From Mobula hypostoma (lineage: Eukaryota), in contig NC_086104.1 in assembly GCF_963921235.1 (NCBI RefSeq), positions 3,100,001-3,164,000 of the forward strand: 64,000 nucleotides of DNA, read 5' to 3'. The translations under genes were made by a program, and so were the position numbers. The notes below the pieces were generated by a model, which worked only from the letters and a program-made list of their open reading frames with translations, ran no database searches and was not told where the DNA came from. This document shows, in pieces, positions 1 through 12,299 of this stretch (position 1 is its first letter; every line of letters begins with the position of its first letter).

Positions 1-112
1 CCTGGAGAATAGCCATGCAGTCACGGGTAGAACGTACAAACTCCTTACAGCAGTGCACGAATTGAATCTGGGTCATCGACACTGTAACACTCTGTGCTAA
101 CCACTACACTGG
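1..112 (-). mobile_element. tRNA-derived SINE fragment (elasmobranch HE1/V-SINE-like)
   Basis: Reverse complement gives a tRNA-like head (gtgtagtggttagcacagag...gacccagattcaattc) followed by gtaaggagtttgtacgttct; a related copy lies near 52030-52295. Confidence 0.6.
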
Positions 113-478
113 TTAGGGCAAGGGGGTAGGGCACCCAGAAGGTTAAGTTTGCGTGAGACAGGCAGATGGGTGACGGGAATGGAACTGGGTAAAGGGTCTG
201 GGTGGAGTGAGAGACAGTATGAGTATGAAAAGCAGACAGGTAAGGAGTTATCCAAAACTGGAAAAATCTAATTTGAAATCCCAGATTGAGGAGCAATATT
301 CCACAAAATTGTTGTCAGATGTATTAATGAAAACTAAATTATTTAATATCTTTAAGATATTTAGAAATAATCACATCATAGATTAATGAAATTAATTTAC
401 AAAGTTGTTGTCCTGGCCCATACATGCTCATTATCTCCAGTACTAGAAATCAGTTCACATTGTGTAAACTGAACTTAC

Positions 479-823
479 TAATAACAATGAGCCGGGATCC
501 ATTCCCACTGATGTCTCCCCACACTCTGCAGTAATAGTCGGCAGAGTCATTGACCTCGACCTTTGTGACGATGAGGATGAAACTGCTCCTGGAGGAGTTC
601 CTGGAGGGCTGGAACCTCTCAGTGAAACCTGGTCTCCTTCGTACGCTCCCTCCTGCCTCGTGTGTTAAGACCCACTCCATGTCCTGCCCGGGTAGCCTCC
701 GATACCAGTGGACATCAATGTTTCCCACTCTGGCATTCTTCATGGTGCACCATAACCGTGCCGATTGCCCCTCGGTGATGTTCTCCTGGCTTGGGGACTG
801 GATAAGGACTGGAGGATTGGCAA
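479..823 (-). CDS. VJ-type Ig V-set exon, domain D4
   Basis: Acceptor attttccctttacag|TT GCC AAT, donor ATT A|GTAAGT, 345 nt, phase 1/1. RLWC...DVHWYRRLPGQ...DSADYYCRVWGDISGNGSRLIVI. About 68% aa identity to D2 by hand count (76/111). Confidence 0.92.
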
Positions 824-2673
824 CTGTAAAGGGAAAATATCAATTACCTTAAAAATCTTTCTGCGTAACGATGTCTAAGAGAGTAAACAGATTGAAATAT
901 TAAATTTATAGAATTGTTTCAGCTGCACTGTATGATGCAAATGAAAGCACTTTGCTGAGAGTTATTAATTGTACAGAAATGGCTCTTATCGTATTTAAAA
1001 GCATTAGCGTTGTATTTATTGTCCTCTGCACAAGTACATACCAGGACAGATGCAATGAAACACTTGCAGATCAGGCACAGAGCATCAAATAGGCAGCATT
1101 CACAAGAAAACACCAATTATACACAAATTTTACAATAAAGAACATAATTTGAACTAAAATAAAACACAGCTCGTTTTAGTACACGGTGATCAAAATGACC
1201 ATTGTCTTGTTAAACTGTAGTGAGTCGGGTTGTGCTGCTTGGTTTAGGAATTCAATGGCTGAAGGGAAATAGTTGTTCTTGAATGTGGTGGTGTGAGACT
1301 TCAGGCTTCAGGCTCCTGCCTGATGGTAACATTGAGAAAGTAGATTGGGATCAGCTGACTGAAGGAAAAAACAACATTTGGTGGGAGAGGCATTTAAAAG
1401 TGAGATGCTGGGACGTGAGGATCAACGTGTTCCTGTTCAAGGAAGACTGGTGGGAATTGATGGAAGCTCAATACTGGCTTCAATTAGCTGTCTGGTTGTA
1501 TCATTGTGTGGTACGGAAGCTGCAAGGCATCAGACCGCAAGACCCTACAGACGATAGTGAAAACTGCCAAGAATCAGCCACACCATCCTCCCCTCTATTT
1601 GTGACATTTACCAGGACCATTGCTAACGAAGAGCTTGAAGCATTGTTGAGGGTTCCCACCACCCATCAGCAATTAGCAATTGGACTCACAATAATATTTT
1701 CTGAGGTATTTGGAAAGTTTGGCAAAGAACATATCAAATTTCATTCCAGTATCAAGAGGAGACATTGAAGTATTGAACTCATGTTGTTTGTTGTTCCTGT
1801 TCGCCCCTTGTGGCATCGGGCAGCACTTTTGCCATTTCCATAGCATTTGACTCTTTCTTTACAAGGATGAATTCTGTAATCTCTTTGACCCACTACGGTC
1901 AGGAAGGAGGGACAGGAGCATCAGGACTGGGACTGTCAGACTGGGTAACAGCTTCTTCCCTCAGGCTGTGAGACTAATGAATACCCTGTCACCTCCGAGA
2001 TCTCCTCACTAGCACAGTGAGCTGTTTATTGTTTACCTGTGCTGTGTTCTACATGCATTTTGAATGATATTTTATTAATGTATTGATGGTAATATTTTGT
2101 TTTATGTGCTGTGCGTGACGTACGTTTTGTGGGTGAACCATGGTCTGGAGGAATGTTGCTCCGTTTTAGTCGTAGATGTGTACAGTCAGATGACTAAACT
2201 TGAACTATTATCAGGCAAAGGTGTTTGGGAAGCTGAAAGGTTTGAAAGTAGATAAGTCACCTGGACCAGGTGTGTTCACCCCAGGATTCTGAGAGTGGAA
2301 GCTGAAGAGTTTGTGGAGGCATTAGTACTGGACTTTCAAGTTTCACGAGATTTTGGAATGGTTCTAGATGACCGTAAGTTGTATGTTACTCCATTATTCC
2401 CATTCTTTGCAACCTTCCAATCAGTCAATGCTCAATCCATGCAAGTATCTTACCATGGGCTCTTATTTTGTTACGCAGCCTCATGGCCACCTTGTCAGGC
2501 TCATTGGCCTATAATTTCCTTTCTTTTGCTTCCCTGCCTTCTTAAAGAGCCACTTATCCAATAAAGAATGTCGTGCCATTGGAGAGGGTCAAAAGGAGAT
2601 TCCTGTGAGGATTCGGGCACAGATTGTTAAATAAACTACAGTGCACAGTATGAGAGGTAATATACTAATGTGG

Positions 2674-3550
2674 ACAACACACACACAATGCTGGTGGAAC
2701 GCAGCAGGCCAGGCAGCATCAATAGGAAGAAGTACAGTCGACGTTTTGGGCCAAAACCCTTCGTCAGGACTAACTGAAAGAAGAGATAGTTAGAGATTTG
2801 AAAGTGGGAGGGGGAGAGGGAGATCCAAAATGATAGGAGAAGACAGGAGGGGGGAGGGATGGAGCCAAGAGCTGGACAGGTGATTGGCAAAAGGGATACG
2901 AGAGGATCATGGGACAGGAGAAGGAAAAGGGGGAGGGGAGCACCAGACGAAGATGGGGAGCAGGCAAGGAGTTATTGTGAGAGGGACAGAGAGAGAAAAA
3001 AGAGAGAGAGAGGGGAAAAAGGGGGGGGGGGGAATAATAAATAAATAAATAAGGGATGGGGTAAGAAGGGGAGGAGGGGCATTAATGAAAGTTAGAGAAG
3101 TCAATGTTCATGCCATCAGTTTAGAGGCTACCGAGACGGAATATAAGGTTTTTCGCTTTTTTCTCTCTTTCTCTCTCTTTTTTCTCTCTCTGTTCCTCTC
3201 ACAATAACTCCTTGCCTGCTCTCCATATTCCTCTGGTGCTCCCCTCCCCCTTTCTTTCTCCCCAGGCCTCCCGTCCCATGATCCTCTCATATCCCTTTTG
3301 CCAATCAACTTTCCAGCTCTTGGCTCTATCCCTCCCCCTCCTGTCTTCTCCAATCATTTTGAATCTCCCCTCCCCTCCCACTTTCAAATCTCTAACTATC
3401 TCTTCCTTCAATTAGTCCTGACGAAGGGTCTTGGCCCGAAACGTCGACTGTGTTTCTTCCTATGGATGCTGTCTGGCCTGCTGCGTTCACCAGCATTTTG
3501 TGTGTGTTGCTTGAATTTCCAGCATCTGCAGATTTCTTCGTGTTTGCGAT
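2674..3550. mobile_element. Penelope-like element 3' ends in inverted arrangement
   Basis: 2674-~3020 and ~3145-3512 are reverse complements. The intervening sequence encodes, on the minus strand, the degenerate PLE C-terminus (consensus ...HLIFRLGSLQPDGMNIDFSNF). Confidence 0.7.
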
Positions 3551-3764
3551 GCTAATGTGGACTGTGGATTGGTTATGAACAGAAAACAGTCTGTTCAGAA
3601 CCAGTTTCTGAAACAGAAATGGCCATTTTAGGATTGTGTGACTCTGAGTCTTGGGGTATCACAGTGAATTGATCGGTGATGTCGGTGAGGGGACTGTGCA
3701 ATGGATAAGGTTACTGATTGGCAGTGTGGCTATGAAGAGAATGTGGAGAGATTTCAGACAGACA

Positions 3765-6700
3765 GAGAAGCAGGACCTCAAAGGTAGTCATCTCGGGATT
3801 ACTGCCTGTGCCACGCGACTGTGAGAATAGGAATAGAATGAGGTGGAGGGTAAATGCGTGGCTGAGGGATTGGAGCAGGGAACAGGGATTCAGATTTCTG
3901 GATGATTGGGACCTCCTTTGGGGCAGGTGTGACCTGTACAAAAAGGACGGGTTGCACTTGAATCCCAGGGGAACCAATATCCTGGCAGGGAGGTTTGCCA
4001 AGGCTACTGGGGAGAGTTTAACCTAGAATTGTTGGGGGGTGGGAACCGAACTGAAGAGACTGGGGAAGAGGAGGTTGGCTAACAAATAGAGAAAGCTTGT
4101 AGACAGTGCAAGAGGGAAGATAGGCAGATGAAAGAGAAGGGACACGCTCAGACTGACGGTTTGTGATGTGTCTATTTTAACGCAAGGAGTGTTGTGAACA
4201 AAGCGAATGAGCTTAGAGCGTGGATCAGTACTTGGAGATATGAGGTGGTGGCCATTACAGAGACTTGGATGGCTCAGGGACAGGAATGGTTACTTCGAGT
4301 GCCAAGCTTTAGATGTTTCAGAAAGGACAGGGAGGGAGGCAAAAGAGGTGGGGGCGTGGCACTGTTGATCAGAGATAGTGTCACGGCTGCAGAAAAGGTG
4401 GATGCCATGGAGCGGTTGTCTACGGAGTCTCTGTGGGTGGAGGTTAGGAACAGGAAGGGGTCAATAACTTTACTGGTGTGTCTTTTATAGGCCACCCAAT
4501 AGTAACAGGGACATCGAGGAGCAGATAGGGAGACAGATCCTGGAAAGGAGTAATAATAACAGGGTTGTCATGTTGGGAGATTTTAATTTTCCAAATATTG
4601 ATTGGCATCTCCCTAGAACAAGGGGTTTAGATGGGGTGGAGTTTGTTAGGTGCATTCAGGAAGGTTTCTTGACACAATATGTAGATAAGCCTACAAGAGG
4701 AGAGGCTGTACTTGATCTGATATTGGGAAATGAACCTGATCAGGTGTCAGATCTCTCAGTGGGAGAGCATTTTGGAGATAGTGATCATAATTCTATCTCC
4801 TTTACAATAGCATTGGAGAGAGATAGGAAGAGACAAGTTAGAAAAGCATTTAATTGGAGTAAGGGGAATTATGAGGCTATCAGGCCGGAAATTGGAAGCT
4901 TAAATTGGAAACAGATGTTCTCAGGGAAAAGTACGGAAGAAATGTGGCAAATGTTCAGGGGATATTTGTGTGGAGTTCTGCACAGGAACGTTCCAATGAG
5001 ACAGGGAAGTTATGGTAGGGTACAGGAACCATGGTGTACAAAGGCTGTAACAGATCTAGTCAAGAAGAAAAGAAAAGCTTACAAAAGCTTCAGAGAGCTA
5101 GGTAATGTTAGAAATCTAGAAGATTATAAGGCTAATAGAAAGGAGCTTAAGAAGGAGAGCCAGAAGGGGCCATAAGAAGGCCTTGGCAGGCAGGATTAAG
5201 GAAAACCCCAAGGCATTCCACAAGTATGTGAAGAGCAAGAGGATAAGACGTGAAAGAATAGGACCTATTAAGTGTGACAGTGGGAAAGTGTGCATGGAAC
5301 CAGAGGAAATAGCAGAGGTACTTAATGAATACTTTACTTCAGTATTCACTATGGAAAAGGATCTTGGTGATTGTAGTGATGACTTGCAGCAGACTGAAAA
5401 GCATGAGCATGTAGATATTAAGAAAGAGGATGTGCTGGAGCTTTTGGAAAGCATCAAGTTGAATAAGTCGCCGGGACTGGATGAGATATACCCCAGGCTA
5501 CTGTGGGAGGCGAGGGAGGAGATTGCTGAGCCTCTGGCGATGATCTTTGCATCATCAACGGGGATGGGAGAGATTCCGGATGATTGGAAGGTTGCAGATG
5601 TTGTTTCTTTATTCAAGAAAGGGAGTAGAGATAGCCCAGGAAATTACAGACCGGTGAGTCTTACCTCAGTGGTTGGTAAATTGATGGAGAAGATCCTGGG
5701 AGGCAGGATTATGAACATTTCGATGGGTATAATATGATTAGGAATAGTCAGCATGGCTTTGTCAAGGGCAGGTTGTGCTTTACGAGCCTGATTGAATTTC
5801 TTGAGGATGTGATAAACACATTGATGAAGGAAGAGCAGTAGATGTAGTGTATATGGATTTCAGCAAGTTACCCCATGCAAGGCTTATTGAGAAAGTAAGG
5901 AGGCATGGGATTCAAGGGGACATTGCTTTGTGGATCCAGAACTGGCTTGCCCACAGAAGGCATAGAGTGGTTGTAGACAAGTCATATTCTGCATGGAGGT
6001 CGGTGACCGGTGGTGTGCCTCAGGGATCTGTTCTGGGATCCCTACTCTTCGTGATTTTTATAAATGACCTGGATGAGGAAGTGGAGGGATGGGTTAGTAA
6101 ATTTGCTGATGACACAAAGGTTAGGGGTGTTGTGGATAGTGTGGAGGGCTGTCAGAGGTTACAGTGCGACATTGATAGGATGCAAAACTGGGCTGAGAAG
6201 TGGCAGATGGAGTTCAACCCAGATAAGTGTGAAGTGGTTCATTTTGGTAGGTCAAATATGATGGCAGAATATAGTACTAATGGTAAGACTCTTGGCAGTG
6301 TGGAAGATCAGAGGGATCTTGGGGTCAGAGTCCATAGGATGCTCAAAGCAGCTGCGTAGGTTGACTCTGTGGTTAAGAAGGCATTGGCCTTCATCAATCA
6401 TGGAACTGAATTTAGGAGCCGAGAGGTAATGTTGCAGCTATATAGGACCCTGGTCAGACCCCATTTGGAGTACTGTGCTCAGTTCTGGTTGCCTCACTAC
6501 AGGAAGGATGTGGAAGCCATAGAAAGGGTGCAGAGGAGATTTACAAGGATGTTGCCTGGATTGGGGAGCATGCCTTATGAGAATAGGTTGAGTGAACTCG
6601 GCCTTTTCTCCCTGGAGCAACGGAGGATGAGAGGTGACCCGATAGAGGTGTATAAGATGATGAGAGGCATTGATCGTGTGGATAGTCAGAGGCTTTTTCC

Positions 6701-6991
6701 CATGGCTGAAATGGTTGCCATAAGAGGACACAGGTTTAAGGTGCTGGGAAGCAGGTACAGAGGAGATGTCAGGGGTAAGTTTTTTACACAGAGAGTGGTG
6801 AGTGCGTGGAATGGGCTGCCGGCGACGGTGGTGGAGGCGGATACGATAGGGTCTTTTAAGAGACTTTTGAATAGGTACATGGACGTTAGAAAAATAGGTA
6901 AGCCTTGTAATTTCTAAAGTAGGGATCTGTTCAACACAACTTTGTGGGCTGAAGGGCCTGTATTGTGCTGTAGGTTTTCTATGTTTCTATG
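3765..6991 (+). mobile_element. CR1 LINE, 5'-truncated, degenerate (ORF1 esterase remnant, APE endonuclease, RT, 3' tandem tail)
   Basis: ORF1 SGNH-like DGLHLNPRG; APE GDFNFPNIDW and SDHN; [11 protein letters not shown] and FADDTK; C-terminal LVRPHLEYC; ends in (tttctatg)n. Confidence 0.95.
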
Positions 6992-7126
6992 CTTACACTC
7001 CAGGGAAAACCATCCGACTCTCTGTTCTACTGGGGACATTACAGAACCCCCTGTGTCTGACAGTCATCGTGTGAAGGTTGAATACTGAGATGCTGTTATT
7101 GTCGGTGTGAACTGACGTTGACTTAC

Positions 7127-7474
7127 CAGTTACATTGAGCTGTGTTCCTCCTCCGTAGATGTAACTCCACACACTGCAGTTGTACACTGCAGTGTCACTA
7201 ATAGATGTGTTACTGATGGTCAGAATGTAACTGTTACTCACGACATTCCTGTAAGACTGAAAACGGTCAGAGATACACCCAGACCTGCTCACAGAGTCAT
7301 TCACAAAGTGACTCAACGCCCACTCGCTCTTGTTCCCCGGCCGCTGGTGGTACCACTGGACATCGGTGACAGTCACACTGGCATTATACAAGGCACAGTG
7401 GAGCTGGACAGTTACACCCTCCGGCACCTTGCTGATTGGTGGATCCTGCACAAGGACGGGATCATCCGCGGGAT
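7127..7474 (-). CDS. VJ-type Ig V-set exon, domain D3
   Basis: Acceptor catatccaacacacag|AT CCC GCG, donor ACT G|GTAAGT, 348 nt, phase 1/1. QLHC...DVQWYHQRPG...DTAVYNCSVWSYIYGGGTQLNVT. Confidence 0.9.
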
Positions 7475-7719
7475 CTGTGTGTTGGATATGTAGACATTAA
7501 TGTATATTTATGGAGTTCAATAAAAGGCAGTATATTTCCCCAGCATTTAACAATTCCTAAAATTTAAATAAATGTTTGCAACAAGAATAATTTACAGATC
7601 CTTACTGCTCAATTATATCTGGCTGGTTCTGATGGTTCAGCAGCCCTGCGATCAGGGGGTCTGTTATAGTTTGGAGAGAATTCTGAGGACCATGTTGCAT
7701 CGGTTGATAATATTTCCCC

Positions 7720-8060
7720 TTTATTCCTGATTAGTTCTACCCTCACTCTAGCTGTTCTCCAGTTCCTCATCTAGAATGTAGCGTGCCTTGGATTTTCCTT
7801 ATTCCTGCTCACCAAGACTCATTTCAGCTCTCTCAAATCCCAACTAAAGATCCTTCCTGGTGACCTTATAACTCTCAAGAGCTCCATCTGATTTTTTACT
7901 TCCTAAACCTTATGTGTACTTCCTTCTTCCTCTTGACCAGATGTTCCACTTCTCTTGTCAACCATGGTTCCTTCACCCTCACATCCTTTCCCTGACTCAA
8001 TGAAACAAAGCTATCCAGAACCCCATGGAAGTTGTCCCTAAACAACCTCCATATTTCTGT
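7720..8060 (-). mobile_element. CR1 ORF2 fragment
   Basis: Reverse complement resembles the CR1 APE-RT linker region; degenerate. Confidence 0.55.
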
Positions 8061-8194
8061 TCAGTGAGTGGTAGAATTATCAATATTCATGGTTTGAATG
8101 AGGGGGGAGAGTTGGTTCATTTAAATCCATCACCAGCCAGAATTCTCTTCTTTCCAGGCTTTTAGTTAGGCACCTTTGCAGTGTCCATCTGTAA

Positions 8195-8615
8195 TAATAA
8201 CATTACAAATTGGACACTCCATAATAACTGCCCGGATATTAAAAAATACAGGATAAACAAGCAATAACAACTTACTTAGTAGATATAGCCATTCCAAACA
8301 CACAAAACTTACAGAAGTCAGTAAGTGAAAAATACCAGAAATGTGCTGAATTAAAAGTGGAAATTGAAAGACTATGGAACATGAACAGGGTATACATTGT
8401 CCCAGTGCTAATATCTACAATTGGTATCATCGCAAAGGCACGACGCAATAGCATTAAACAATTAGGGCTACACAGCAATGCTTATGTAAATCTTCAGGAA
8501 GCCACAATATTAAACACCACTTGAGTAATCCAATAGCTCCTAGAAATTTAGAAATGAGTGTGCTTGGCTATGCCTGTACCTCCGATTTTCCAGCTGGAGC
8601 TGAGAAAAAAAAATC
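8195..8615 (+). mobile_element. R4/Dong-clade non-LTR retrotransposon 3' fragment (restriction-like endonuclease domain)
   Basis: With one frameshift reads HNNCPDI...TYLVDIAIPNTQNLQKSVSEKYQKCAELKVEIERLW...VYIVPVLISTIGII, the PD..D RLE signature. Ends in an A run followed by cataataac. Confidence 0.75.
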
Positions 8616-9236
8616 ATAATAACTTATTTATAGTGTACTTTTCATATGGACTGGTGACATCTTGCATCTAAGACCAGGTTGGTATTGTCTTTCATTGATC
8701 CTATAATGGTTATTATTCTATTATGGACTTATTGAGTATGCCAGTAAGAAAAAGAATCTCAGAGATGTTTTTGGTGACAGATATGTATTTTAATATTACA
8801 ATTACTTTTGAAAACTTGTTAGTTAAAAGAGATGGCATTTAAAAGTATCTTCTGAGTCTGCATCTCTTATAGTTTTAGGTTTTGAATTCCACAGTTTTGG
8901 TGCTTTTGAGGGAGGTGTTTTAGATTTAAGAGAGCCTGATCTATGACTCTGAACACTGAACAGCTTCTCCTTTTCTCTCCTGTGATAACACACTCCACAT
9001 TGACATTTATTTTCAAATATCCAACTGGATACACAGAGCAGACGGTCAGTCACCATGTTGGTGCTCCCCACCCATGAGTTAGGGGCCACAGTGCTCTGGA
9101 TCGTGTCCCAGTGATGGGGCTCCAGTATTACACTGTGTGTTCTTCAGTACAATGTGCCCAGCCACGGGAAGTGAGTGGTGGTGGAATAACTCCCAATGCA
9201 GGAACACACTGCTGAATAAATAGAACTTGTACTCAC

Positions 9237-9581
9237 TGGTTACGATGAGCTGGGTGCCGTTCCCATCGATGTCTCCCCACACTCTGCAGTAATAGACGGC
9301 AGAATCACTGTGCACCACGTCTGTGACTGTCAGGGTGAAGCTGCTGTTGGACGTGTCTCTGTAGGACTGGAACCTCTCAGTGAAACCCTGTCCCCTCTCT
9401 GTGCTGCCTCCTGCCCTGTGTGTTAAAACCCACTCCATGTCCTGCCCAGGTAGTTTCCGATACCAGTGGACGTCGGTGTCTTCCAGCCTGGCTTTGCTCA
9501 TGGTACACCATAACCACGCCGTGTGACCCTCAGTGACACGCTGTACGCTCGGGGACTGGATAAGGACAGGAACGTCTGCAC
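9237..9581 (-). CDS. VJ-type Ig V-set exon, domain D2
   Basis: Acceptor attctcccttacag|GT GCA GAC, donor ACC A|GTGAGT, 345 nt, phase 1/1. WLWC...DVHWYRKLPGQ...DSAVYYCRVWGDIDGNGTQLIVT. Confidence 0.92.
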
Positions 9582-10159
9582 CTGTAAGGGAGAATATCGT
9601 CACTTCAACCCCAGCTTGAAGCAGACATCTTTTGTTACATGACCTCTTGTGAAAGTACAAACACTTTATTGCTTCTGATATTAATATTATGTTGCAGCTG
9701 TTCCAGAGTTTACAGAGTTCAGACGAGACCAATGATGGGTGATAAATATGTGCTTCAGGTAATCACCACCCACTTTAAGTTGAACGTGGAACAGTACAGA
9801 ACAGGACAGGACATCTGGCCTTGATGTTGTGTCGACCTTGATGGTCATTTATGTTAAATATCCTCCTCCTATGTATCACTCATATCCCTCCATTCCCTTT
9901 GTATTCACGTGTCCATCTAAAATCCTCTTAAAGTCAAACACACTTCCTGCTTCACTACTACCCAGTAACCTGTTCCAGGCAGATACAGTAGATTCTGGTT
10001 CATTGGGACATCAGTTAATCAGGAAGTGGCTTATTTGGGACATCTCTTAAATAACAAAAACTAATTGAGAAAATAGGCAGGATTCACTTTGTTTATTTGG
10101 GACAGGAGGTTGTTGCTGAACAGTTTCTAATGAGTGTCAGTCATGTGTGCTTGTAAGGC

Positions 10160-12270
10160 CGTTAACATAACCATGAGACCATAATAATTAGGCAATTTCG
10201 CCCATTGAGTCTGCTCCGTCATTTCATCATGGCTGATCCAATTTCCTCTCAGCCCCAAACTCCTGCCTTCTCCCTGAATCCCTTCATGCCCTGACCAATC
10301 CAGAATCTATCAACCTCTGCCTTATATATACATAAAGACTTGGCCTCCACAACTGCCCGTGGCAAAGAATTCCACAGATTCACCACTCTCTTGCTAAAGA
10401 AATTCGTGCTCATCTCTATTCTAAAAGGATGCCTCTCTGTTCTGAGGCTGTGTCCTCTGGTCTTAGAGTATCCCACCATAGGAAACATCCTCTCCACAAC
10501 CACTCTATCAAGACCTTTCACCATTTGATAGTTTGCATTCAAATCATCCTTCAGTATTCTGAACCCTAGTAAATACAGGCCCAGAGCCATCAAACACTCT
10601 TCATATGACAAGCCATTCAATCCTGCAATCATTTTCGTGAAACTCCTTTGAACCCTCTCCAGTTTCAGCACATCCTTTCTAAGATATGGGGCCCAAAACT
10701 GCTCACAATACTCTAAGTGAGGTCTCACCAGTGCTTTATAAAGACTCATCATTACGTCCTGGGAAGTGGATGAAGGCAAGGCAGTGGATGTTGTCTATAT
10801 GGACTTTAGCAAGGTATTTTACAGGGTCACACATGGCAGGCTGGTCAAGACGGTTCAGTAGCTCCACATTGGAGAAGTGTAGAGGAAGTTTACCAGGTTG
10901 ATTCCAGAGATGAGGGGTTAGATTATGAAGAGAGATTCAGTTGCCCGAGACTGTATTTGCTGGAATTCAGAGGAATGAGAGGAGATCTTAAAGAAACATA
11001 TAACATTATGAAAGGCATAGATAAGATAGAAGCAGGAAAGTTGTTTCCACTGGTTGGTGAGACTAGAACTAGGGGACATAGCCTCAAGATTCAGGGGAGT
11101 AGATTTAGGATGGAGATGAGGAGGAACTGCTTTTCCCAGACAGTGGTCAATCTGTGGAATTCTGTACCCAATGAAGCAGTGGAGATTACCTCAGTAAATA
11201 TATTTAAGATGAGATTGGATAGATTTTTGCATAATAGGGGAATTAAGGGTTATGGAGAAAGGGCAGGTGGGTGGAGATGAGTCCACTGTCAGATCAGCCA
11301 TGATCTTATTGAATGACAGAGCAGGCTCGATGGGTCAGATGGCCTACTCCTGCTCCTATTTTCTATCTTATGTTCATTCAAGGTGAGGTAGTCAATTGTA
11401 TTAGACAGTGGCTTTGTGGAAGAAGCCAAAGAGTGGTAGCAGATGTTTGCCTCTCTGACTGGTGGCCTGTGACCTGTGGTATATCCCAGGGATCGGTGCT
11501 GGGTCCATTGTTATTTGTCATCTATATCAACTATCTGGATGATAATGTGGTTAACTGGATCAACAAATTTGCAGATGACACCAAGATTGGGGGTGTAGTG
11601 GATAGTGAGTTAGGCTATCATGGCTTGCAGAGGGATTTACATCAGCTGATGAAAATGGGCTGTACAATGGCAAATGGAATTTAATGTAGACAAGTGTGAG
11701 GTGTCGCACTTTGGTAGAACCAACCGATGGTCGGGCACTGAGGAGTGTGGTAGAACAAAGGGATCTGGGAACACAGGTCCATAATCTCCTGCCTTCTCCC
11801 CATATACCTTCATACATTGACCAATCAAGAATCTTATTACCTCTGCCTTAAACATACACAAAGACTTGGCCTCCACAGCTGACTGTGACAAAGAATTCCA
11901 TAGATTCACCACTTTCTTTTGAATAGGTTAGGACTTTACTCCTTGGAATGTAAAAGGTTGAGAGGAGGTTCGATAGAGGTATTCAAAATTATGAGGGGAG
12001 TAAATCCTTTCCACAGAGGCTGGATGGGACCACGAACAGAAGTCATGGGGTAAGGGTGAAAGGTGAAAAGTTTAAGGGGAACATGAGGGAAAACTTCTTC
12101 ACCCAGAGGGCTGTGAGAGTGTGGAATGAGCTGCCAGCACAAGTGGAGCATGCGAGCTCGATTTCAACTCTTAAGAAAAGTTTGGATAGGTTCATGGACC
12201 GTAGTGGTCTGGAGGGCTATTGTGCCAGTGGGGGTAATGGGAGTGGGCGGTTTAAATGGTTTCAGCATCG
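10160..12270. mobile_element. Mosaic of truncated CR1 fragments on both strands
   Basis: ORFs 10249-10779(-), 10957-11280(+), 11313-11684(+) and 12056-12292(+) carry CR1 RT/C-terminal motifs (LVRPHLEYC, FADDTK, RVVNLWNSLP). Confidence 0.85.
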
Positions 12271-12299
12271 ACTAGTTATGTTGATGTTATGATAGAGCT

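Noticed and set aside
905-942. Ig octamer (ATTTGCAT on minus, 935-942) plus TATAAA just upstream of D4 as a V promoter
   Set aside because: No ATG or leader fits in the ~110 nt before the acceptor; it is not seen at the other V exons; about two exact octamers are expected by chance in 64 kb.
1021-1116. Hydrophobic Cys-rich ORF with a GTATGT donor upstream of D4 as a leader
   Set aside because: Appears to lie in a LINE/SINE tail-like repeat and lacks a convincing phase-1 leader structure.
9085-9140. CACAGTG/CACTGTG heptamers downstream of D2 as possible RSS
   Set aside because: No ACAAAAACC-like nonamer at 12 or 23 nt, and they are not adjacent to a coding end.
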